Of a stretch of 19,622 bases of DNA, positions 9,565-16,577 are shown one piece after another (the stretch's first letter is position 1; every line of letters starts with the position of its first letter). This stretch comes from an uncultured Thioalkalispiraceae bacterium (GTDB lineage Bacteria > Pseudomonadota > Gammaproteobacteria > UBA6429 > Thiohalophilaceae), in NCBI GenBank assembly GCA_964584455.1, contig CAZPAE010000003.1, positions 1 to 19,622 on the forward strand, read 5' to 3'. A program made the position numbers and the translations under genes. Below the pieces are notes generated by a model that was not told the DNA's origin, did no database searches, and saw only the letters and a program-made list of their open reading frames with translations.

Positions 9565-9591
9565 CTTATTGTGTAACTTGGGTTGGAATTT
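8458..9591 (-). other. Putative 1,134-bp inserted segment carrying exactly one gene (yeiH-like). It is bounded by the 7-bp direct repeats, and deleting it in silico rejoins the two DUF1111 halves in frame.
   Basis: Joining ...GCC TTT ATT CGG TCA TTA C | CA GAC ACC CGC TTA GGT GGC GAA... gives ...AFIRSL PDTRLGGEKLFHETGCVKCH..., a continuous DUF1111-like sequence. On the coding strand the segment begins with an in-frame TAA for the upstream fragment, 1 nt, then the yeiH-like ATG. No transposase, integrase or terminal inverted repeats are present. Confidence 0.4.
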
Positions 9592-11650
9592 GTAATGACC
9601 GAATAAAGGCTGATACATCATGGATTAAATCCACAGGATGATCATAAACTAATTGTTCATCTGCATTATTAAATGCTTGGCGAGTTGTACTTGCTTGTAA
9701 CATCAAGGGCGTAGTAATACCGAGTTCTGTCGCAAACGCCTCAGCAACCATAATGTTTAAAGTAGGGTTGTGTGCTTTCCAGCCATACTTACCTACATAC
9801 ATCTTGCCATCGGCACCTCTTGCTAAGTTCGGTTTACCATGAATACCATCCCCTTTCGGTACAGCACCTTTGAGAATCAACTCATCAGGGATAAGATCAA
9901 TTAAGCCGAGACCATATAAAGGTGGTGCTGTTCGTATTGATGTGACATTGGCTTGTTGCGGGATACCCACAATATGGTTTTCATCATCGCTGCTAATGGC
10001 GTGGCGGCGAATTTGTGGTCCACCACGACCTGTTAAGTCATCAAAGCCACCACTTAAATTTTCAAGTATGCCAACGCGTATGGCTGTTGTTGCTTCACCA
10101 ATACCAGCACCGCCCACCGAGGGCACATTATGGCAACTAACACAGTTGCGATCATTAAAGCGTGGACCTAACCCTTCACTTACGGTAAAGGAATGCATAA
10201 AAGATTTTTTGCCGCGTAGAACTTGTTCGGCAGGCAAATTCACTTCATTATAAAATTGTTGATTGTTGGCATACATTTGTGGCTGGGCAGTAGCGCTAAA
10301 CGCAGGTACTTCAATCAAAATACCAGGATGCTTGGGGTAATTAGGTAGACTACCGTTTAAAGTGAGACGAATTTTTTGTGCATCGGCTGAAATCGCAATG
10401 CCATTAATGCGGCCTGCGTTGATTAGTCCTAGTCCTGGCACATGGATTTTGGCAACGGCACTGACTTCACCATGTTGGTTCATGCGTAATAAAGAACCGT
10501 TACCACGGTTTGCTACAAACATATCTGCGCCACCGGCTAAGGGTGTGTGACTAGTAAAGCCAGAATTAGCAATTTCAGGAATTGCCGGTGCAACATCGAT
10601 GGGAAAGGAAAAATAACGCGAACGAAGACGTTGTAATTTATCAACATGAAACAAGTGCGCATCTTGTTTTAGATCGACTTTAGCAATACTGTTGGTTGTC
10701 GGTTCCGTAATAAATAGTGTTTTTACCGGTGTCCAGTTAAAGGCCATGCCCACATGGGTTGCATTCATGTCTAACGGATTGTGACGATTGACCACAGTGT
10801 TAATTCGTAGCGTAGTAGCGGGGAGTAGGCCATCTACACCATCACGTACATGTACTTGGGTAATTTCCCCGTTGGATTGCACCACGGCAAATACCGCAAA
10901 GCCAGAACCATCAGGTGACTTGCCCATAAAGGCAGTGCTAATGGCGCACGTCATTAAGTCTCCCGTGACATATTGTTTAGGTCGGCGATTGGTTTTACTT
11001 CCAGTAAAAACGCCACCGGCAACGACACTGGGTGGGTTTGCCAAAGGTCGACCTGTTGCATCAATCACGGTGCTAGTACCAGGTCCGCTATCGCCAAAGG
11101 GGCAATTAGCAAACCAGGGACGACCAAATGCATTATTAATAGAAATATACTTTGGGTTTGCCACGGATAACTGTTCTGCTGAGATCGTTGTGGGGTTATT
11201 CTTACGGTTGCTGAACGCAGCATGTTGCGCTGTAAATACACGTACATGACCATTAAGCGTTGCCGCTTGCCCACCATCGATAGCAAAGTGAGGCGGTATC
11301 ACTAATGTCTCGGTTTGAAATGGATCAATAGAAAGAATCGTCCCGCCTCGTTGACTGCTAATGGCCAGAGGTGCACCGTAGTTAACGTGACTGGTAACAA
11401 GCAACCGTTTGGGATCTAACACTTCTCCAGGACGGGTGAATTGATTAAATTCCGGTAAATGGTTAATCGGGCTATCTGGGTGAAAATAGCCTACCTCTCT
11501 AACGCTTCCAATACCTGGGATACCTACGGCGATGATACGTGCTTTTAATTCTAGCTCAGTAATATCTGTAGCACTGGCAAAACCTGTTGCCCACAGTAAA
11601 GCAAACAGGGTACCTGTTTTGAGTTTGGACAGCATAGCCATGGCGTTCAC
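9566..11650 (-). CDS. Exported protein (signal peptide ...ATGFASA|TD) of 694 aa in two parts. The first ~450 aa form an uncharacterised, possibly beta-propeller-like domain. The last ~200 aa match the first part of a DUF1111 di-heme domain (GLGPRFNDRNCVSCH, then GKYGWKAHNPTL, then DHPVDLIHDVSAFIRSLQIP). It ends prematurely relative to the family.
   Basis: Typical Sec signal peptide. The first CXXCH with the GLGP-FN-x-x-C-x-x-CH context and the GWKA-x-PTL block is characteristic of DUF1111 ('putative thiol oxidoreductase/di-heme peroxidase') proteins. The ORF stops immediately before the yeiH-like ATG, and the rest of the domain is found downstream fused to the YeiH-like protein. Start is ambiguous: GTG 11650 overlaps the preceding gene's stop, and ATG 11641 is an alternative. 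Confidence 0.68.
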   Translation of the reverse strand: MNAMAMLSKLKTGTLFALLWATGFASATDITELELKARIIAVGIPGIGSVREVGYFHPDSPINHLPEFNQFTRPGEVLDPKRLLVTSHVNYGAPLAISSQRGGTILSIDPFQTETLVIPPHFAIDGGQAATLNGHVRVFTAQHAAFSNRKNNPTTISAEQLSVANPKYISINNAFGRPWFANCPFGDSGPGTSTVIDATGRPLANPPSVVAGGVFTGSKTNRRPKQYVTGDLMTCAISTAFMGKSPDGSGFAVFAVVQSNGEITQVHVRDGVDGLLPATTLRINTVVNRHNPLDMNATHVGMAFNWTPVKTLFITEPTTNSIAKVDLKQDAHLFHVDKLQRLRSRYFSFPIDVAPAIPEIANSGFTSHTPLAGGADMFVANRGNGSLLRMNQHGEVSAVAKIHVPGLGLINAGRINGIAISADAQKIRLTLNGSLPNYPKHPGILIEVPAFSATAQPQMYANNQQFYNEVNLPAEQVLRGKKSFMHSFTVSEGLGPRFNDRNCVSCHNVPSVGGAGIGEATTAIRVGILENLSGGFDDLTGRGGPQIRRHAISSDDENHIVGIPQQANVTSIRTAPPLYGLGLIDLIPDELILKGAVPKGDGIHGKPNLARGADGKMYVGKYGWKAHNPTLNIMVAEAFATELGITTPLMLQASTTRQAFNNADEQLVYDHPVDLIHDVSAFIRSLQIPTQVTQ
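9592..9598. repeat. GTAATGA (plus strand). This is the proximal copy of the 7-bp direct repeat, at the point where the upstream DUF1111 fragment diverges.
   Basis: Read directly from the sequence. It encodes the Ser-Leu of ...FIRSLQIP... and matches the Ser-Leu of ...SVSLPDTRLGG... at 8451-8457. Confidence 0.45.
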
Positions 11651-13311
11651 TTAAACTGTTTTGCAAACTTAGGCGCAGTTGTCTCTTTATCTTGTTCAAG
11701 AAACTCAAGAATATTACTGGCACCTAAGACTGCGGCAGGGCCATTCAATCCGTTGCTTTCACCTTGCACTAATACTGTAGGGACTTTCACCATTTCTGGA
11801 TTATTCTTTGCTGCATCCAGTACTTCCTTGAGCATAGTGAGTTTTAATACCCGATCTTTACCAAATACAGAAACCATGGCTTGTTGACCTTGTGCCACTT
11901 CACGCAGACGTAGCTTTTCAGCGCGGCCGCGCAGTTTCATGGTATCAATTTGTTTATTCGCCACTTGTTGTTCTACTTCTGCTTTGGCTAAGGTGGCTTG
12001 TTCATTTGCGCTTGCTTTGGTTTTTTCTAATTCAATTCGTTTTTGTTGTGCTAAATGTTCCTTTTCAAACGTACTGCTGAGCATACCGGCTAGTTGCTTA
12101 CGTTGGTTAGCAGCAAGGATTTCGGCTGGGATGGCTAACTCGCCCAGGCGTACTGATTGTAACATTACACCAATATGCGCAAGTTCGGGCTCAAGTTTAT
12201 TATGGATGGCGGCTTCGAGTTCTGCTCGGCGCGAGATAATATCGGCAACTGGAATGTTTTTCTCAGATACAATGTTTTGTACTTCACTACGCAAGAAGGG
12301 TGTAATAACCGTTTGTTTCACTTGTTCCAGATCGCCAATATTCGCAACTAAGCGTGGTGCGTTATTCGGTGACACATTAATGGTTAATCGAATTTCAGTG
12401 GCAATCGGCCAACCTTGAAACATTACTGTAATCGCTTGATCTGTGGCATCAATCGGTTGTTCAATCACAGAGCTTGATACTTGTTGTACAACATTACCAT
12501 CATTTGCAACAGATAATTCAATTTGGCGTTTGGTATAGCCGCCTTTATAAGAAACTTGTTGTGATAGCGTCGGAATAATCGTGGCTTGGTATGCTAAGTG
12601 GTTAAGATAATATTTGCCTGGGCCAAGGACCTCTTGCCAAACGCCAGCACAACCTTGTTTTACCAATGGTGTGTGTTCAGATGAAGCAATGGTTTGACAG
12701 TCTTCTGATTGGTTGATGTTTGATTTAACTACGGCCACTTCACCTGCACGTACATCTAATGGCTCTTGATTGGTAATCTCATATAAGTAGTGATTAATCC
12801 GGTATTGCCCCGGTTTGAGTACCATCAGTTGCGGCCCTTTTTGGCCGCCTTGGGTTAGAAAGTATTCGGCATTAAGGAATGCACTATGCTGATCAGCAGG
12901 CCAAGGATCAGATAAAAACTGACCTGGTTGAAGTTGTTGCCCGTCTTTTGCGGTAATCAGACCATATTGATCATTGGGAATAGAAACAATGGGGAGCTCT
13001 TCTATATCGTAAATAACCGTTAATAAGGGTGAGAAATGAAAGCCAGGCCCCAGTACGCGTGCTTGTGGACCATTTTGTCCCTCTAGGGCAATGATTTGTC
13101 CTGCCTTTAGGGGATCACCAAAATAAATACGAGTGAGATGACCGACTTTATCTTTATCAACAATGTGTATTGATGTTAACGATAAACTAGTGACGGCAAG
13201 TATACTGCTTAGTACAAGTGTAGGATAGTAATAACGTGATTGTTTTTTTAAAGACAAGTAGCTCCATACTGCTACGCTAATAAATATGATGCTTAAGCTC
13301 AGATACAACAT
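11647..13311 (-). CDS. Flotillin-like (YqiK family) SPFH/band-7 inner-membrane protein, ~554 aa from ATG 13311.
   Basis: N-terminal TM segment(s), then an SPFH-like start (VDKDKVGHLTRIYFGDPLKAGQIIALEGQNGPQARVLGPGFHF). The C-terminal coiled-coil and tail (…EKTKASANEQATLAKAEVEQQ…KDRVLKLTMLKEVLDAAKNNPEMVKVPTVLVQGESNG) are colinear with the E. coli YqiK C-terminus. The start is moved from the track's TTG 13323 to ATG 13311, which has a GGAGG 6 nt upstream. Its stop overlaps the start of the next gene. Confidence 0.65.
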   Translation of the reverse strand: MLYLSLSIIFISVAVWSYLSLKKQSRYYYPTLVLSSILAVTSLSLTSIHIVDKDKVGHLTRIYFGDPLKAGQIIALEGQNGPQARVLGPGFHFSPLLTVIYDIEELPIVSIPNDQYGLITAKDGQQLQPGQFLSDPWPADQHSAFLNAEYFLTQGGQKGPQLMVLKPGQYRINHYLYEITNQEPLDVRAGEVAVVKSNINQSEDCQTIASSEHTPLVKQGCAGVWQEVLGPGKYYLNHLAYQATIIPTLSQQVSYKGGYTKRQIELSVANDGNVVQQVSSSVIEQPIDATDQAITVMFQGWPIATEIRLTINVSPNNAPRLVANIGDLEQVKQTVITPFLRSEVQNIVSEKNIPVADIISRRAELEAAIHNKLEPELAHIGVMLQSVRLGELAIPAEILAANQRKQLAGMLSSTFEKEHLAQQKRIELEKTKASANEQATLAKAEVEQQVANKQIDTMKLRGRAEKLRLREVAQGQQAMVSVFGKDRVLKLTMLKEVLDAAKNNPEMVKVPTVLVQGESNGLNGPAAVLGASNILEFLEQDKETTAPKFAKQFK

Positions 13312-13354
13312 AATGCCCTCCAACCTAATGCGATGCTGAACACCTGCTCGTCTG

Positions 13355-13374
13355 CTTTGATCTTATCAAAGATC
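13355..13374. promoter_or_regulatory. Interlocked palindromes (CTTTGAT ctt ATCAAAG and GATCT...AGATC) in the 5' region of the flotillin-like gene. Candidate operator.
   Basis: Read directly. Located ~45-65 nt upstream of the ATG at 13311 on the minus strand, next to a TTGACC -35-like hexamer. Confidence 0.25.
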
Positions 13375-13598
13375 TCGGGTCAACATGATAATAAAAAGGT
13401 TTTGTTACTACGTTACTATAAGCACTATAAAAATAATGTTATAGCGATGTAGATAATTAAACCTACCGATAGGGGCATTTCGGTAATGAAACTATGTATA
13501 CAAGATCAACAATAGTGAATGAGACTAATTGTTACACTTTGTTACGTAGAGTGCATACAAAATCTAGGTAAGTATGATTATACCGAAAGATGGCAGCA

Positions 13599-14069
13599 TT
13601 ATAATGTGAAGTAACGTCCACCACCGGCAATTAATACGACTAATAAGCCAAGTGATAAATTAAGAGCGATCAATTTACGAATTTGGTTTAACCGTTTACC
13701 ACCATCTGGCCAATCTTGTTTGATCACCGCTTGTTTTAAACGTTTATACGGTGCAAAGAATACATGCATATATATAAGTATCATTGCGATACCTAGTCCA
13801 TTCATCATATGCACATATACAGGGGTTTGTGCAAAGCTACCCCAAGTGGAAAACAACATGTAATAGCCAGTGCCCAGTAACAAAATAATTGAAAGCCAGA
13901 CAAAAGGGAAAAAATGGTTAAACACTCCGACCCATAAAGTCAGTCGTTGTGGTGGTTCAAGTTGCTGGGCGGCAACAGGGCGCAATGCCATATAGGCGAA
14001 AAACATACCGCCGACCCAAATGACAGCAGAAAGTAAATGAAGTATTAAGGTAAGCGATTTAATCGTCAT
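13599..14069 (-). CDS. Small 4-TM membrane protein of the HemJ/CopD superfamily (UPF0093-like). Possibly a HemJ-type protoporphyrinogen oxidase or a CopD-like protein.
   Basis: 156 aa with four hydrophobic helices. His in TM1 (LILHLLSAVIWVGGMFF...R) and a second conserved His (IYMHVFF). A basic loop (KRLKQAVIKQDWPDGGKRLNQIRK) precedes the last TM, as in HemJ. Assignment is from pattern recall only. Confidence 0.4.
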   Translation of the reverse strand: MTIKSLTLILHLLSAVIWVGGMFFAYMALRPVAAQQLEPPQRLTLWVGVFNHFFPFVWLSIILLLGTGYYMLFSTWGSFAQTPVYVHMMNGLGIAMILIYMHVFFAPYKRLKQAVIKQDWPDGGKRLNQIRKLIALNLSLGLLVVLIAGGGRYFTL

Positions 14070-14083
14070 AAGATTCTCATTAT

Positions 14084-14893
14084 TTAATTGGTTTTAAGTT
14101 CAACACCCTTGGCATGTTTATTAAGCCAACCACGAATGCGTTTGATCAGTATGTCATTCATATTATCAAAAAAATGGTTCGCGCCTGGTACTTTAATTTG
14201 TGTGTAAGTGGGTTTATTGGCTTGTTTGCCTGCACGAAGCCGTACATCAGCACTGGATACAACGGAGCTTAAATCTTCACTGCCATAGATGTCGAGAATA
14301 GGCATCTGGATCTTAGCGAGGTTTTTTACATTGCTATAACGATCATCGAATGAGAAACGGCTCATACCAATGGCTACATAAGCTCTTACCGTTGGGTCCG
14401 GTTTATTCGCGAGATAGTATGCGGACATAACGGTGCCCAAACTATGAGCAATAATCACAATATTGTTTATCCCTTTTGCTTTTAAGAAATTAACCCCGGC
14501 CTTAATACGACTGGGCACCTCTTCCATGAGTGGAACATAATCTTTCGACTCAGCTTCATTGGGTAAAATGGGCATTTGTAACGATAGGGTATGCCAGCCA
14601 TGTTCAGGTAAATCGATTCGAGTTGGCTCAATAATGTCCGGCCAAGCAGGATGAATCCCAATACCATGGATGACTAAAGCGGCACCATGCGTATGGTCAG
14701 CCTCATTTTCTGTATAGAGAGCTAGAAACTCTGTGCCGTTAGCTTTGAGTTTGACCGCATCGCCAACCATCAAGCTGGGTACAATTTGTTCTTCCCAGCG
14801 CTTTTCTTTGGCCAAGTCTGACGTTGATGCGGCAATGCAAATGCTCGAAATCGCCAAAAATACCAGGCTAATCAGGTATCTGGGTAGGGTCAT
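14084..14893 (-). CDS. Secreted or lipoprotein alpha/beta-fold hydrolase.
   Basis: Signal peptide. HG oxyanion motif (VIHGIGIHP). Nucleophile elbow IIAHSLGTV (G/A-x-S-x-G). C-terminal GANHFF with the catalytic His. GGAG Shine-Dalgarno 9 nt upstream. A 14-nt gap separates it from the downstream membrane-protein gene, so the two are likely an operon. Confidence 0.72.
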   Translation of the reverse strand: MTLPRYLISLVFLAISSICIAASTSDLAKEKRWEEQIVPSLMVGDAVKLKANGTEFLALYTENEADHTHGAALVIHGIGIHPAWPDIIEPTRIDLPEHGWHTLSLQMPILPNEAESKDYVPLMEEVPSRIKAGVNFLKAKGINNIVIIAHSLGTVMSAYYLANKPDPTVRAYVAIGMSRFSFDDRYSNVKNLAKIQMPILDIYGSEDLSSVVSSADVRLRAGKQANKPTYTQIKVPGANHFFDNMNDILIKRIRGWLNKHAKGVELKTN

Positions 14894-15059
14894 AAGTGGG
14901 CTCCTGTATAGCTAAGGTCTTGTTTTAGATAGTATAAACCACACTTGGGGGGCTAAAAAGCTGCAATGGTCGGGTTTTTCCGGTAGAGTTGCGGTTCATT
15001 TTTTGGTGTGTTGGCGAAAGCGAACGCAAATTTAGATTTAGAATTACGAGGCAGTCGGT

Positions 15060-15749
15060 ATGGCAGATTTTGCAATTGCTCCGTCCATTTTATCTGCAGA
15101 TTTTGCGAAATTGGGCGAGGAAGTCGATAACGTATTAGCATCAGGCGCAGACATTGTGCATTTTGATGTAATGGATAACCACTATGTGCCTAATCTGACC
15201 ATTGGTCCGTTGGTGTGTGAGGCATTACGCAAGCACGGTGTGACTGCACCTATTGATGTGCACTTAATGGTGAAACCAGTGGATCGCATTATTCCTGACT
15301 TTGCTCAGGCCGGAGCAACCTACATAACATTTCATCCAGAAGCTTCGGAGCATATCGATCGGACCTTACAATTGATCCAAGCCGAAGGCTGTAAAGCAGG
15401 GTTAGTATTTAACCCGGCAACTTCGTTAGACCATTTGAAATATGTTATCGATAAAATCGATATGGTGTTGCTAATGTCGGTTAACCCGGGCTTTGGTGGT
15501 CAAAGCTTTATTCCTTCCGCGTTAGAAAAACTACGTGAAGCACGCAAAATCATTGATGCTTCAGGTCGTGATATTCGCCTTGAGATTGATGGTGGTGTAA
15601 AGGTGGATAACATTCGTGAAATTGCACAGGCCGGTGCCGATACGTTTGTGTCGGGCTCAGGTATCTTCGGTAAGAAATCCGATAGCGATCCCCATGGCTA
15701 CGACAGCATTGTTAAGCAAATGCGTGATGAGCTAGCCCAAGTAAAATAA
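15060..15749 (+). CDS. rpe: Ribulose-phosphate 3-epimerase.
   Basis: [22 protein letters not shown]...[17 protein letters not shown]...[14 protein letters not shown]...DGGVK is near-identical in pattern to E. coli Rpe. Confidence 0.95.
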   Translation: MADFAIAPSILSADFAKLGEEVDNVLASGADIVHFDVMDNHYVPNLTIGPLVCEALRKHGVTAPIDVHLMVKPVDRIIPDFAQAGATYITFHPEASEHIDRTLQLIQAEGCKAGLVFNPATSLDHLKYVIDKIDMVLLMSVNPGFGGQSFIPSALEKLREARKIIDASGRDIRLEIDGGVKVDNIREIAQAGADTFVSGSGIFGKKSDSDPHGYDSIVKQMRDELAQVK

Positions 15750-15755
15750 AAGAAT

Positions 15756-16448
15756 ATGTTAAGTAAACCTGAACTTGTTTTGATCGACGTGGACGGCACA
15801 CTGGTTGACAGTGTGCCGGACTTGGCTCTTTGCGTCGATGAAATGATGAAACAACTCGATATGCCAGTGCATGGTGAAGACAAAGTTCGCGAATGGGTAG
15901 GCAATGGGGTAGAGCGTCTTACTCGGCGTGCCTTAGTTGGCCAACTGGATGGTGAACCGGATGAGTCGCTATTTGAGAAGTCCTATCCCATTTTTCTTGA
16001 ACTCTATGCGCAAAACACATCGAAGCGTAGTGTTTTGTTTCCTGGTGTGAAAGAAGGCTTGGCATATTTAAAGGCGGCTAACTATCATTTGGGCTGTGTT
16101 ACCAACAAGGCTGAGCAATTTACCTTACCTTTGCTCAAGGACCTTGGGATCTATGATGACTTTTCCATTGTGGTCAGTGGTGATACGCTAGAGAAGAAAA
16201 AACCTGATCCCATGCCACTATTGCATGTCGCAAAACACTTTGGTGTGGCACCGAGTCGTTCACTCATGGTGGGAGATTCGGTCAGCGATGTAAAAGCGGC
16301 ACGGGCGGCGGAGTTTCAAATTGTCTGCATGAGTTATGGTTATAATCATGGCATGGACATTCGCACGGCTAACCCGGATGCTGTCATTGATAGTATGGCT
16401 GAACTACAGGGGTTGCTGGAATCGGCCAAGCAACAAGGTGTTGCTTAA
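15756..16448 (+). CDS. gph: Phosphoglycolate phosphatase (HAD superfamily).
   Basis: HAD motif I LIDVDGTLVDS, VTNK, and GDSxxD motifs. Conserved position directly downstream of rpe. Confidence 0.85.
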   Translation: MLSKPELVLIDVDGTLVDSVPDLALCVDEMMKQLDMPVHGEDKVREWVGNGVERLTRRALVGQLDGEPDESLFEKSYPIFLELYAQNTSKRSVLFPGVKEGLAYLKAANYHLGCVTNKAEQFTLPLLKDLGIYDDFSIVVSGDTLEKKKPDPMPLLHVAKHFGVAPSRSLMVGDSVSDVKAARAAEFQIVCMSYGYNHGMDIRTANPDAVIDSMAELQGLLESAKQQGVA

Positions 16449-16577
16449 AATATTAACTGTTAAGTAAAGACCCAAACATATGTCAATACATACACAAACT
16501 GTAAAACAACGATGGCGACGCTAGTGAGGCGTTAAAGTGTGTTGGTGTTTAGTGTTTTTTAAATTATTGACTGGGTA

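Noticed and set aside
8458-9591. Insertion sequence or transposon identity for the yeiH-bearing segment
   Set aside because: There is no transposase or integrase ORF and no terminal inverted repeats, and the ends are not similar to each other. Only the 7-bp flanking direct repeat is present, so the segment is reported as an unexplained insertion-like segment and not as a mobile element.
9565-9621. 19-codon 5' extension of the yeiH-like ORF (MMYQPLFGHYKFQPKLHNK) overlapping the end of the upstream gene
   Set aside because: It would overlap the upstream coding region by 56 nt and give an N-terminus longer than in YeiH homologues. It has no Shine-Dalgarno. The ATG at 9564, directly after the upstream TAA, is the more plausible start.
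9870-11286. Plus-strand ORFs (62-153 aa) and a minus-strand 73-aa ORF inside the exported-protein gene
   Set aside because: They are antisense to or out of frame with the 694-aa gene, which has clear family motifs. None has a recognisable product.
11892-12418. Plus-strand ORFs antisense to the flotillin-like gene
   Set aside because: The coiled-coil coding region is low-complexity and produces long open antisense frames by chance.
14960-15059. GGTTC-containing stretch between the hydrolase gene and rpe, considered as a possible tRNA T-arm
   Set aside because: No acceptor or anticodon stem complementarity is present and the flanks are poly-T/G. It is not a tRNA.
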